From Eledone cirrhosa (taxonomy: Eukaryota), in the NCBI GenBank assembly GCA_964016885.1, contig OZ024742.1, forward strand, positions 364,932,001-364,996,000: a DNA stretch of 64,000 nucleotides, in the 5' to 3' direction. This document shows positions 11,721 to 25,604 of the stretch, in pieces. The translations under genes were made by a program, and so were the position numbers. Each line of letters opens with the position of its first letter. The stretch's first letter is position 1. The notes below the pieces were generated by a model. It saw only the letters and a list, made by a program, of their open reading frames with translations, ran no database searches and was not told the DNA's origin.

Positions 11721-14700
11721 ATGGAGACTAGAATGTCATGTGACAGACTCTCACCCAACAGGTGCTCCCTGGCTCAGCAGCAGGGACCTGGCTCTCAACC
11801 AAATACTGCTGGTGTCGGAGGAGGAAGAAGTAGTAGGAAAGGGACCAGAACCAACTGGACGAAAGAATTGAATATAACTGTTATGCAATGTTACCTGAAG
11901 AGTAACCCCCAAGGAGAAAGGCTATAGGAAACGGATGCATAACATCTGGAACGAGATTGGTCTATTTAAATTAGATTAACAAAAATTGGCCGGGCAGATT
12001 CGGGTAATAAGAACTAATGGGTGGATAAGAGAGCTGGAACTGGAGGAACTGAGCAGAGAGATTAGCTTGGAGATGGAGAGTGGAGTATGCCAGGCAAACG
12101 AGCCAGTGGGAAAAAGTTAAAAGAAACAACAGCTAAGGTAAACAAAGTCATCCCATTCCTTGAGGCGAGGAGCCTTCACCAGTGCAACAATATCCTCAAA
12201 GCAACAGCAAATACGGTGAGGAAACTACTTGGTATAAAAGCGAGAGGAAACAACAGACAAGAAAGATCAGACGTTGGTGGAAGAAACGACTGAGTGGTCA
12301 AATCAGGGAAATGAGAAATGACATTGGAAAGCTTGAGTCCCTACTGAATGGGACACTAAAAAACATAGACACTAAAATTAGACTGGATATAAAGTACAAA
12401 TCTAGGAGCAAAAAGCTAAATATTATCATAGAGGAACTGAAGCAACGCATTGTAGCAAAGAGTGCAAAAATCAGGCGATACGAGAACAGAGTCAGTCAGT
12501 ATAGACAGAACCGCATGTTCGACAACAACCAGAAGATGCTGTTTGGACAGCTTGAAGGGAAAGAAAGAGGCAACGACTTGATCCCTGAGGCGGAACAAAC
12601 TAAAACATTCTGGAGAGGAATATTGGAGCAGGATGTTAAACATAATGACCAGGCAGTGTGGATTGAGACAGTACAGAAGGAGATTAGTGAACAGGCACAC
12701 CAACAAACTGATTTGAGTATCACAGTTGAAACTCTTAAGGGGCAGGCCAAAAAACTAACCAACTGGAAATCACCAGGCCCAGATGGTGTGCAGGGGTATT
12801 GGATTAAAAATATAACATCCCTCCACCCGAAACTGACAACCATGTTCAATGACTGCTTGATGTCAGGTGAGGTACCAGGGTGGTTGACAAAAGGTACCAC
12901 AGCTCTGATAATGAAAGACCGAATCAAGGGTAATGATGTTACCAACTATAGACCTATCACATGTCTGTCCGTAATGTGGAAACTGTTGACAAGCATTATG
13001 TCTGAGGAAATCTACCATCACCTCCACATAAACAGCTTGTTACCGGACGAACAGAAAGGATGCCGAAAGAAGTCACGTGGTACAAAGGACCAGTTCGTTA
13101 TTGATAAGATGGTAATGAGGAATTGCAAGAGGGGACACACTGGTCTTGCCATGGGATGGATAGACTACAAAAAGGCATTTGACATGGTGCCTCATTCTTG
13201 GATCACCAAAAGCCTGGAGATCTTCAAGGTGGCAGATAACATCAGACAGTTGTTGGGCAAAAGTATGAAGTCCTGAGAAACAGAGTTAACATCGGCTGGA
13301 GAATCCTTGGGAGGCGTGAAGATCAAGAGAGGTATCTTCCAGGGAGATAGTCTGTCCCCTCTGTTGTTTGTCCTTGCCCTGATGCCCCTGACCAGTGTAC
13401 TGCGAAAAGTGAGAGCAGGATACAGGTTGGGAAAGGGAGGGCTTACCATCAATCACCTCCTCTTCATGGACGATCTTAAGCTCTTCGGGAAGAGTGAGAA
13501 GGAGTTGGATATGCTTGTTGACACTGTCCGTATTTTCAGCAATGATATATGTATGCAATTTGGTATTAGTAAGTGTGGAGTCCTTGCGATGAAGAGGGGT
13601 AAATTGAGCAGAAGTAACGGAATCCAGGTACCAACAGGTGAGATGATAAAGGAAATTGACTCTGAAGAAGGATACAAGTATTTGGGTGTTCTGGAGGCTG
13701 ATGACATCAAGAACAAAAAAATGAAGTAATTGATAAGAACTGAATACATTCGGAGAGTAAGGAGCGTATTAAAGTCACATCTGAACAGTAGGAATGCCAT
13801 AAGTGCAGTAAATTCCCGAGCTGTGTCTATTATTAGGTACAGTGCGGGAATCCTGAGATGGAATGTTGCTGAACAAAAATAAATGAATAGGAAGACTAGG
13901 AAGCTATTGACTATCTACAACATGTTCCACAAGAGGAGTGATGTCGATAGACTCTACTTAAGGAGATCTGAAGGTGGAAGAGGTCTTATCAACATAGAGG
14001 ACTGTGTTCAGATGGAGAAAACCAACCTACACAAATACGTGACTGATAGTAAGGAGCCAATGCTCAGAACTGTACTGAAGGAGGGGACAATAGACCAGGG
14101 GATGTCCAAGGAGGAAATAACATCAAGGAGAAAGAGCAGCCTTCAAGAAAAATCCATTCATAGTACCTTCTTTGAGAAAACTGAATTCAGAGATCCACAG
14201 ATATGGAACTGGTTGAAAAGAGGAGACCTTAAAAAGGCTACAGAAGGAATGTTAATGGCTGCGCAGGAGCAGACCCTCAATACGAAGGGGTTGAAACACC
14301 ATATTTACAAGGAGGAGGCTAGCCCACTGTGCAGGACCTGTGGAGAGAGAGAGGAGACTGTGGCTCACATTGTATCCGAGTGTAAACACCTAGCCCAGAC
14401 TTATTATAAGAGCTGGAGACATAATGTGATGGGCAGGGTGATCCACTGGCATCTATGCAAAGTAAACAATTTACCACATTCTGAGAAGTGGTATGAGCAT
14501 AAGCCAGAGTCGATGATAGAAAACGATCAGGTGAAGGTGCTGTGGGATTTTAGGATACAGACGGACAAGAAACTTGAACACAATAGACCTGACCTGGTGG
14601 TTGTGGACAAAGAAAAAGATCGTGCCTGATTGTGGATGTGGCCTGCCCATTCGACACGAGAGTGCAAGAGAAGGAGAGGGAGAAAATTAACCGATACCAG

Positions 14701-14995
14701 GACTTAAAGTGGGAGGTAAAAAGGATTTGGAACTGCCATGAAGTCAAAGTGGTCGCGATTGTCATAGGCGCACTAGGGACTATCTCAAAAAGTTTCCAGG
14801 GATGGTTAAAGAAATTTGGCCCTTCACGCTTTTTGGATCGCTTCAAAAGGCATGCTTGCTGGGAACAGCAAGAACCCTCCGATACGTCCTGAATATCTGA
14901 GGCTGCAGGTAGTGGCTTGATATTCATTTCAACAAACTTTCCAGTTAACTAACATCAATGACTGAGACTCAAAGAATAATAATAATAATAATAAT
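11588..14995 (+). mobile_element. R4/Dong-type non-LTR retrotransposon, near full length with stops and deletions (family B)
   Basis: ORF pieces carry WKSPGPDG, NYRPITCL, DYKKAFD, GIFQGDSLSP, FMDD, CRTC..ETVAHIVSEC, RHN and RPD..E..Y.DL. There is a (TAA)n tail. Confidence 0.93.
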
Positions 14996-15778
14996 TGCCA
15001 ACAAGAAATTACCAAGCCAACATAATAAAAAATGGATGCAACCCATTATGCCGTGTATCTAAAGAACACCAGAGACCATTGATCATATAATTTCAATGTG
15101 CAGTCCTATAGCTCCAACTGAATACCTAAACAGGCATGACAGAGCTGCACAATACATACATTGGATAACGTGTAAGCATTTTGACCTACCCCCAGCAACA
15201 GATTTGGTGGGAGCATCAACCGCCTCCCATACTTGAAAAAGATCACATCTCAATCTTGTGGAACTTTAGCATCCAAACAGACCGAAAAATAGATGCAAAT
15301 AGACCTGAAGGACTTTAAAAAGAGGGTATGCCTGCTAATTGGTATGTCCGTTCCAATAGACAAGAATGTATCTATAAAAACATTTGAAAAATTGAGCAAG
15401 TATAACGACCTGGAGATAGAAATTGGAAAAGTGTGGAAATTGAGAACTAAAACAATACCAGTTGTTGTAGGCGCTCTAGGAATGATACCTAAGGGGTCTA
15501 ATGATTACTTATCGCAAATCCCAGGAAGACCCGCGTATAGGAGAAATGAAAAAGATAATACTAATGGGAACTGCCCATATACTAAGGAAGATTCTGTCAA
15601 TATAAGTACATCACAAGTCTAAACACCTAAAGATGCATGTGTGAGTATGTATGTTCTTTCTTGAACATGGCGGACCTTGTTGTCTCTTGAGGTCACTGGT
15701 TGTGACTTGGTGATAACTTGTATGAACATAAAGCAAGATAAATGCAACTGTAGTAATAATAATAATAATAATGATAAT
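14996..15778 (+). mobile_element. 3' fragment of Dong family A LINE
   Basis: Close match to 9432-10200 including the 3' UTR. Bounded by (TAA)n on both sides. Confidence 0.9.
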
Positions 15779-15779
15779 G

Positions 15780-16390
15780 GTTACTTTATTGGCCACAAGG
15801 GCTCACATGAAGAAAAACATTACAGACGGCACAGGACGATACAAAGTGGGTTTTGGCCGTGTAAAAATGTTATAAAAGACAGAAAAGTGTAAAATAAATA
15901 AAATTCAAATAACAAAAATTCCCCAATAAGAGGGAAGCTTCCGAGGCTCCCACATGGCGAAAACCACATAAAAGACCACGGCCACACTGACCACCAGGGC
16001 AAGCGCCCTCTCTCAGTTTTCCCACTCCTCAGTCTACAGGCGCATACTCAGAGTGGGCCCGTTCACTCGGACCAGATTCGCCACTTTCACCCACCTTTCA
16101 ACAAACTTACTTGAAGACAGCACTTGCCTCTCCACCCTGATTTTCCTCTTCAAGTGAGACTTGAAAAAGTTAATCAGGGATTGGCCGGAGAGGAAAGTGT
16201 CCGTCTTCAACCCTTTTAACCTTGTCCACCACACAATCTCTTTCGTCATGGCCACCAGGCAGGTGAAGATTGCTTGTCCTTCCTCCTCTTTAAAGGAGGA
16301 TGGCGGGGGCTATCTACACAATGGACTCAGTCGATAACCGGATCCGTCCTACACGCGACAGCAACTGTTCGACGTAGCTCCACAAGTCAG
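15780..16390 (-). mobile_element. L1/Tx1-type LINE 3' fragment
   Basis: KEIVWWTRLKGLKTDTFLSGQ...ERWVKVA..VNGP matches the C-terminus of the 50276-51256 ORF. Confidence 0.85.
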
Positions 16391-17543
16391 TAATAATAAT
16401 AATAATAATGAAATTATTGTTACAGTGCTCAGGTGCACTACAACTCATCAAACGTGTATGTATGGTATATAGAATAATATACAAATGTCAGGGAAGTGAA
16501 TAGTGTATGAGTCATGATATACATGTGTGTGTGTATGGAGGGGGAATATTAGGTGTAGGTGTAGTGTTGGCAAGTATGAGTGCATTTCTTGTGCACAAAA
16601 TTCAGACACAGATTGAACAATGGTTCATACATTCTTCCCTAGATAAAACATGTGGAATATAAATAGAAATAACGAAGCATACGCCACTGACCAAAGTATC
16701 ATTGAGAGATTCTGTGAAAACGAAAATAACAGTTTTAAACCAGCGTGTCAGCAGTTATAGCATAAATAGCTACTGATGTAAAGACATTGCAGAATCATAC
16801 ATTACAATGACAGCATAAAGTAAAATTACGTGCAGAAAAGACTTACATGTCGAGCAAACAACAAAGTGGCAGTAAATGTCATAAAGAAAATACAGCAAGG
16901 CTTTACTAATATGCCAGAAGATATAATAGAAATAGCGACAGGGAATGATGCTAAAATCTATAGAGTACAACAGCGACAATGTTATATTCCTTCGCAAAAT
17001 ATAGATTATATCCAATAAAGCTACACATCTATAAACTGTGACGAGAGAGTAAATGATCTCAAGATCAACCAATACTGAGGAATCTTAACTACAGTGAAAC
17101 AGAAAAGTTTGAAACGAAAGATCGACCCCAAAAATCAGAAATCAAGGCAGGAAATTCCGTTTTGTAAACAACATTACTGTTTGTTTGACAGCCTCTTCCA
17201 ATCTTGGAAATTAAATTAAGGCAAGTGTGCGTTTATTTTGCTGCATAGAAAATCCAGATATATATCAGTAAACAATGTGGTTGGTGTCTTCTTCTCGCAG
17301 ACAAAACCTAAAATATAAAAGCAAAGAAAGTAGCATACGGACCAAAATATCTCTGTAAGCACATTGAATATCTGCTATTGGATTTTCTATCATCTATAAA
17401 ATAATTACATTGTTCTAGCATCCGTTCTACACGGCAGCAGCAGCAGTCATCTAGATTTGACCTTTTTAACATTCGATCATACAACAATATTGGTCAGTTT
17501 AACGAGGAAGAATACTATTGGTTGTCAATGATAATAAATAACA

Positions 17544-17623
17544 AAAGAAGAAGAAGAAGAAGAAGAAGAAGAAGAAGAAGAAGAAGAAGAAGAAGAAGAA
17601 GAAGAAGAAGAAGAAGAAGAAGA
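17544..17623 (+). repeat. (GAA)n microsatellite
   Basis: Pure trinucleotide run. Confidence 0.98.
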
Positions 17624-17760
17624 ATGTTTATTATTATTAATCAGATTCGATTTTGATCCTTTTGGCATAATCAGAATTCCAGATTCTATTCGTTCCCACT
17701 CTTAATATAACACCAATATTAGATTCGATATTGTAGTCAAATAGCCAATATTGGATTGCT

Positions 17761-17795
<35 letters not shown>

Positions 17796-18614
17796 CCTCT
17801 GAGTATATAAATAAATATAATACACGGTGTATGTATCTGTGTATGTGTGCGAGTGTGTGTGTGTCTGACGTGGGTGGGGCACCTCTACTATGTGTATATA
17901 TTAGTATTTTTCTCTATACCTATTGTTCTCTATTATGAGGAACTTCCCTTCATATCTAGATGGTTTGATTCAAGAAAGGTGGGCCGTTAGTTTGGTTTTT
18001 GGCGTTATGTTCGTTTACATTTCACATTGCTCCACTCTATTAAGCAGGCAAATATTTATACCTGTATTTTAAGGTGGGTGTACTTGTTAAACACTGATAC
18101 GCTGTGTCCCGGTGAATTCCCCCGAGACCGACGTTTAGGGTACACGTGTCTGAGAATTGCTCAGGCATCCACTTGTAAGTTAATTTCATGAGTATAGTTT
18201 ATTGGGATAGAGAAAGATTTAAGCCACACATTTATGTATGTACAATATAATAAAGGGAGAAGTGCGGGACTGTGTTGGTTTTATATTTTTTTTATCCCGT
18301 TTGTAAAATAAGTTGGATTACTTTGAATAAAAAATAACTGAATATTATGTAATTTATCTACTAAATTTCGTAGCTCTTGATTAAACATATATATTCTTAT
18401 ATATAAAGTATTGCTTATTTTAAGATTCACTTCTTTAAAATGTTCATGTGTCAATACTTCCGGTTAGCGTCCGTTTTATTATAACACTTATTACATCGCT
18501 TATATAAACGTTCATATATTTGCATCGTTATATAAGGTTTATATTTCCGTCGCTAATTTTCTACTTTTTCGTTTTCATAACATGTTAGTTTATTATGTAT
18601 ACAGTTTATATATA

Positions 18615-19412
18615 ACTAGCAGCAGTACCCAGCGTTTCCTGGGTAGGTGAAATAATATCTGCTTTGATGAAAAGGTGTTGATCTTAGCGACTGCTTCTCG
18701 ATGACTCATCTATGGCCATACACAGGCCATGCGGGTGGTAATGACCTCTATCACTGAGAAACGCGAGTAATTGACGAAGGGGCATGTTGAGGGAGGGAGC
18801 TTCGAATTGAACGAAATCGGTTGAAAAATATGGGAGCTATAGCCAAAAAGGCGGAAATTTGAGCGAAAAGGTGGTATTTTCGAATATTTAAGCGGCTGCC
18901 ACGCTGTTCCTGAACAAAAAATCCAAAATGTAAAGCTTCTTTAAGACGTGAAATAATCAGATCTAGCGTAGTGCAAAATTCGAACAAATAGGTTGATTAA
19001 TGTGGGAGCTAGAGCCAAAAAAGTGGAAATTTGAGTCTAAAAGTGCTATTTTTGAATATTTAAGCGGCTGCCACGCCGTCCCTGAACAACAAATGTGAAA
19101 TATAAAGCCATTACAGGATGTGCAATGATAAATTCTATTTTGCTTTAAAGTTTCAACGAAATCAGTCGCAAAATGTGGGAGCTAGAGCCAAAAATCTTAT
19201 TTTTCGATACCTAAAAAAAGGTTACCCCCTATCGATTTTTATCTGCAGAATGGCCCCGGAATAAAAAAAACGATACGCTGATATATAGTAAACACTCTCT
19301 GATGACAAATCTATGAGCCTGTAAAGTTTTATGAAAACCGATCGTAAGATGTAGGCCCCTATAGGTAATATACAGACACACACACACATACTTAATTTTA
19401 TATATATACAGA
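18615..19412 (+). mobile_element. Non-autonomous Helentron/Helitron-like (DINE/HINE-type) element
   Basis: One end is ACTAG plus a hairpin (tacccag cgtttc ctgggta). The other is (CAGA/CA)n..ttttatatatata. There is an internal duplicated ~180-bp block (18830-18930 vs 19000-19100). Confidence 0.6.
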
Positions 19413-20001
19413 GAGCGTCTTTTTTTAATGAACCATGGATTACTGTACTGATTACTGAAAAGAGTGTAACTGAGTCTTCGTGGAATTTCTGTGTTTATTG
19501 TCAATTACGTATAATATCAATATATACACTACACATGCTAGCTGAAAACCACCCGAAGGGTGGTTTTTCTGTTAGTACAATTAACAAATATAATATGGTA
19601 GTCGAAACAATTGAAGTTAATGTCGTGAATTTATTCTAGAATTAGTTTAAGGTTTATTTAGTTCCAGAGGAATTTGAATAAATATATAAATATTACTGCA
19701 CGACATTCCGTACCTCAACCTATAAATTAAATATTTAAATCTATGTCAACAACATCCTTGGAGTATTTCGTTTGGCTCAGATTTTAATAATAAATATGCC
19801 TCGTTATATTTGAAGGGTAATATGCAAGTATACACACATTCATATATATATATATATATATAACGAAGGAAGTGTGGTAAGGAACCAGATGGACCATAAC
19901 TCACCAGAGTACTCAATACTCAGGGTAGTAGAGTGGGTAATAGGAAAAGAGTCAGGACCCCGATGGCTGAGCTCCGGCCGTTTCGACAGCTTGATCTGAA
20001 C

Positions 20002-20055
<54 letters not shown>

Positions 20056-20424
20056 CTGTGGTATTGAGACCGAGGAGCCAATTATTTTGGGAGTACTCGA
20101 TGTATGGGGAGATGTAGGGTGGGTGTGGAGAGATGTAACATACCACCCGTGGCACCAGGCGCGTTCGGGATTTTACATATACATTTTAGTATTTGTATGT
20201 GTGTGTGTGTTTGTGTGTGCGGGGTCACCCACCTCAAAAAGACAGATCAATATCATAAGAAAGAGGAGATACTGAGGAGCAACAATAATGACTGAGAATT
20301 ATCAATTTAACAAGCACTCGGTTAATAAATCTACTGACGATTGGATAACTCAGCTAATAATAATAAACTGAAGTGAATCTTAACTGGTGTGTGTCGTTTT
20401 ATTGGAAGAATAACCGTTCCAAGT

Positions 20425-20655
20425 GAAGGCGCATGGCTTAGTGGTTAGAGCATTAGGCTTGAAATCGAAAGGTTGTGAGTTCAATTCTCGAACCGGGTGA
20501 TGTCTGGTTTCCTTGAGCAAGACAATTTATTTCACGTTGCTCCAGTTTACTCAGCTGAAAATGGACTGGCATCTTGTCCAGGGGGGAGTGTTGTACTCTC
20601 AGTCGCTTCACGCCATGAAACCGGCCAAACGAGCCTTCTGGCTTAAGAGAGACTT
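20425..20655 (+). mobile_element. tRNA-derived SINE with CORE-like body
   Basis: A-box tggcttagtgg, B-box gagttcaattc, followed by tccttgagcaagaca...gttgctccagtttactcagctg. Confidence 0.85.
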
Positions 20656-21299
20656 TAGACTTTTATTTTTAACCGTTCCAAGGTATAACAAAGTGTGTAA
20701 TTGTGTGTGTCTGTCTGTGAGAGTTTGTGTGTGAGTATGTGTGTGTGTGTGTAGGTGTGAGTGTATGTGAGTCTATGCATGACTGTCAGTGTGTGAATGT
20801 CTGTCTGTGTATGTTTCAGTGTGTGAGTGTGTTTGTGTTTTATATAATAATTCGTCCAATAATCCTCCACCCCATTGCTGTAAATAATTCAATCGTGATA
20901 AATCTCGTGTTACTATTCGTGTGTTCCAACCGTACAACACAATAAAACTCTCGTTGTATAAATATCTTTTATTTTATTATCATTTGCTGTCTTTAATTCA
21001 AGTTGAAAGGTTAGCGTTCGCTACATAATAGAAGTATTTTGTTCACAAAACGCCGTCAGTTATGTCTGACATTAATGGAAAAGAGAAGACTATACCGTGG
21101 GACTTCATCGATTATATAACTTAATTATATAATTCTTTTACTCTTTTAATGGTGTCAGTCCTTAATCCGTGGTCAGGCTGGAGCTCTGCCTGGATTTTCT
21201 TCAAGTCTGATACTAATATTATAGACAAAACACTGACAAAATCGTAAACAACAACATAACACCCCACATATCTATCTATCTAGGGCGGGTAAAATTCCC

Positions 21300-21735
21300 G
21301 AGATCCATGGACGAGTTCTCTGCAGCGGTCGCTGTCCCTCATTATCGCTGCCATGTCCTGCGTCTTCAAGAGACCAGTGTCTGTCCTTAGGGCATCAATA
21401 TATGTTAACCTCGGTCTTCATCTTCCAGTGTGTCCATGCAGGGGCTCCCACAGGATCACTGAGTGCAGTATCAACTCTGGATGTCGGTGAACATGTCCAG
21501 CTAACCTCAGACTCTTCTGTATCACTTTCGAGCTGACTTTTGGGAGGCTCCCATACAGCTTGAGATCGGTGTGGAAGTCGGACCTTCGTAAAGACCTGAA
21601 GATCCGTCTCTTCGTTGCTGTAGTGGAGTCTGTGCTGCTGTACGGGTCTGAGACTTGGACACTGACCAAGAAACTCACTCAGATGGTGGATGCGTGTTAC
21701 ACGAGAATGCTGAGGATGGCTCTAAACATTAATCA
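21300..21735. mobile_element. RTE-like LINE 3' fragment with internal inversion
   Basis: Plus strand KIRLFVAVVESVLLYGSETWTL..YTRMLRMALNI (21560-21730) is joined to minus strand LPKVSS..LRLAGHVHRH..LWEP.HG (21330-21560). Confidence 0.8.
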
Positions 21736-22714
21736 GTATAACCCCACATATATACATATCAAATGATTCCTTACTGTCTCCAGGGAAAGCGCCATGTTTT
21801 CTCGGTATAATATACCACTGCAGTTATTAATAAGAGTTAAAATTAATGTATGCAAGATTTCACAGCTCTATCATCACTCCTTCATATTCAGTCTACGAAC
21901 CTTTCAGCCTCGCCTCGCAGGTTGTTGATTCAACACACCAACAACTTACTCCCGCTTTCCCCATCTCTTACCATGAGAAGATGGGGACCCACGCACTGAC
22001 CACCATACGGCCCCACCGGACAGAGTAGAGAAGGTGTTTCCCCGGAGGATGATGAGCGAAACGCGCTGGAAAAGCCATTCCAACTCGCGAAGCACTGAAT
22101 GTATATGCTAAATAGTGGTTAAATAACCCCGAATGGGCAGTCGTTGGTCACACTGGATCTGTCAACCAAATTGTGGTTACCTAACAACACAGTACAAGAC
22201 GGATAAAGTCTACCCCAGAACATATATAACACATATACAGTATATAGGTAACCGAAATCTAAATTTAAGACAATTCATTGATGGAATGAAAATGTAGCTA
22301 TGAGAATATTATAAAAAGTAATTACTTTCACTTGAAAGATAATCAGAAGGTAATTCAAATAAGTTAAGATCTAGTGCCACAAGCGGATATGGCAGAGATA
22401 TTTCTGAAACGGAGTCAATACAAATTGGGTTCGATTAGAAAATGAAACTAGTGAATATTAATGATTTAATATACGAGAAATAGGTTCGAGAATATACCGA
22501 AAGAGCATTCATTGAAAAATATTAATATTCACAGAGCAGACGTAAGAAACAACCTGCTTAGTAATGAAGATTTCTGCCAAATATATTATTATGTTATTCT
22601 ATTTCTAATAAGTCAAAGTGGGTGGCTTGGGCGGTGTAGTGGAAGTCTTGAACATGCGAATAAACCGAGTAACGAATGTCAGAAACAAAATATAAGTGAT
22701 ATGTGTGTAATTAT

Positions 22715-22768
<54 letters not shown>

Positions 22769-22769
22769 A

Positions 22770-23255
22770 GGTGGCTGCCAACTCGTTTTCGAGTACGACC
22801 ACTACTTTATATCCATGTAGGAGAACCCCTACCGATGCGCTGAACGAGTGTGATTTTTAGTCCAGCCAGCGACTTGAAAACTCTGGTACAAACACTACAC
22901 TGTTGACAATTATTGACACATAGTGCTGGGCCCATGGTACCATGTGACGACAAGTGCAGAGGGATCTCCAGATATAAAGAAATGCCTGTGCCGTGAAGCT
23001 TTTATAGTGAGCAAAGGCACTGCACAAAGCCAGTCCCACTCTCTTAACCAAGATGATATTTACCAAAAAGAAGAACAGGTCAACATCATTGGATACCATC
23101 AGAGTTGCAGGTGTTATATCAGAGTTTTCCTTCTGCTAGAATTCTGCCTTGACAAAGGCTAAGGGGTCATCTCTCCCGGTGAGGAGGGTAACTTTGGACA
23201 TCCTGCAGGACTAAAAAAAAAAACCTGTCAAAGGCCAAAGGAGCTCTTAAGAGTC
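22770..23255 (-). mobile_element. Bipartite non-autonomous RTE-derived element (5' UTR plus zinc-finger 3' end)
   Basis: Reverse complement has the RTE-type 5' UTR motif CTAG(C)AGAAGGAAAACTCTGA..ACC and a 3' remnant C..C.RVFKSLAGLK. Partial copies lie at 55708-55912(-) and 63885-64000(+). Confidence 0.7.
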
Positions 23256-23259
23256 AATG

Positions 23260-23311
<52 letters not shown>

Positions 23312-23327
23312 TGCGTGTCTGTGTGTT

Positions 23328-23365
<38 letters not shown>

Positions 23366-23437
23366 CTTGGTTGGAAAGAGAGGGAAAGCGAGTATTTATC
23401 ACTATCTCTCTCTATCTCTCTAAGTATATATATATAA

Positions 23438-23555
<118 letters not shown>

Positions 23556-23621
23556 ATATATTTATATATATGTATATATATATATATATATTTGTATATA
23601 TATAATTGTATATATATACAC

Positions 23622-23688
<67 letters not shown>

Positions 23689-24299
23689 GAGAGAGAGAGA
23701 GAGAGTAAGAAAGTGAGGAAGATGGGGAGAAGTCAGAGAGAGAGAGGTGCAAGTATTTATCAAGAGGAAATATAAACAAACGGTAGACAGACGGGTGGAC
23801 TGGTGTAAACAAAGAAAATATTTAAATATAATCCCATTGTTAAAATAAAAATTAAGATAATTAAAAATATTTTGAGGATGGGTAATGAGAAGGCAGGAAA
23901 TAATTATTAAGACATTTTGTCAAAATGTTATTGATTTGAAAACAAATTATATTACATTAATATATATATATATATAATAGAGATGACTTCTAGATCACTA
24001 GAACTGGTTCATATATATATATTAATCGACATTGAAACCCTACGTAGCGGTGTTTGTTCCGTTATGGACATAAATAAATAATATAATTGTTTCTACTTTC
24101 TGCATTACTGGTACTTTATTTTATCGAACCCGTAAGGATGAAAGACAAAGTTAACCTCGGTGGGACTTGAACTCAGACCATAAAGAGCCGTAACTCTTTG
24201 CTGCAAATCATGGCGTCCGACCCTCTACCGATACTACCAATCCACCGCCCTTAATAAATAATAAATAAATAATATAATAAATACACATCAGGCTTCCAC

Positions 24300-24590
24300 T
24301 CATCAAGTTGTAAGTTCGATTCCCGGACCGGGCTGTGTGTTCTGTTATTTGGAAAGAAACTTTATTTCGCGTTACTCCAGTTTACTCACTAGTAGAACTG
24401 AGTGGGAGTGTCACTGGTTCCAAGCTGTATTGGCTTTAACCTTGGACACATCTGTGACATAGAGAGGGGAGACAGGTATACATGGGTGACTGCTGGTCAA
24501 ACACCCTCTCCTGGACTTGTGCCTCGGAGGGGAACCTTTTTGGTGCAACTACCATGGTCGTACGTGACCGAAGCAGTCTTTACCCTTTAC
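24300..24590 (+). mobile_element. tRNA-derived SINE, 5'-eroded
   Basis: B-box gttcgattcc and a body similar to the 20425 SINE. Confidence 0.7.
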
Positions 24591-25169
24591 ATTTTACATA
24601 TATATATATACACACACACAAATATATACATATATATATATTAAAGATTTCTAGAAATATTTCCTTCATATATATACATTAAGTTTTCCATTGCTGATAA
24701 AAACTCACAGATTAGCTGCCCCCCCTCTTATGAGATCGTATCTCATGTGAGGTTTCTTGAGTATTTTAACAATAGGTTCGCCATACATATCGTCAAAATC
24801 AACAGGAAATATATTACTTTGCACTGCTTGGTCAAGTAATGTAACGAAAGACTTTATGTTCCAGAGACCAACACACTAACCATTAGACAACATGCCTTCA
24901 CAAATGTTATATTAGTGTATTTTTAAAACGGATCTGACTTCAAACATTGCACAATCGAATTCTCTACAATTAGACGAACTAAGAAAAGAATTTCTTACTG
25001 AGAAATGTAGATGAGATGGTGACTGTTGAACATCTCAAGGAAATTGAAAAAAAATAGTGTTTTGATACGTCATGTAGTTAAATAGGAAAACTCTCTGAAA
25101 TAATACTTACATAGTATGTTAAAATCAATATTTCACAACATCCAAACGTCTACATAGCGACAAACTCTT

Positions 25170-25380
25170 GTGACACAACATACACACACGTATATGCTGA
25201 TACAACATATATATAGTGAGACAAACTATAGTGACACAACATATATATATACGTATATGCTGATTCAACATATATATAGAGAGAAAAAACTATAGTGACA
25301 AAACACATATATATATACGTATATACTGATATAAAATATATACATAGAGACAAACTATAGCGACACAACATATATATATA
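25170..25380 (+). repeat. ~70-bp minisatellite, about 3 copies
   Basis: gtgacacaacata...cgtatatgctgata...acaaactata recurs three times. Confidence 0.75.
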
Positions 25381-25536
25381 CACACACACTCATACAAAGA
25401 CAAATACTATTCTTACAAAATTTAATCAATTTCCTCTCAGATTCATTGGATACAAATATTCCAATTGATATTTTAGCGTAAATGTGTGTATGGCAGTTTG
25501 GGTGGGTATGTATGTGTGCGTGCCTATCTGCATGGT

Positions 25537-25603
<67 letters not shown>

Positions 25604-25604
25604 T

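Noticed and set aside
20425-20500. tRNA gene candidates (also 49416, 28057 and 56822)
   Set aside because: The A/B boxes run into a SINE core and no clean cloverleaf or acceptor stem is evident, so these are SINE heads.
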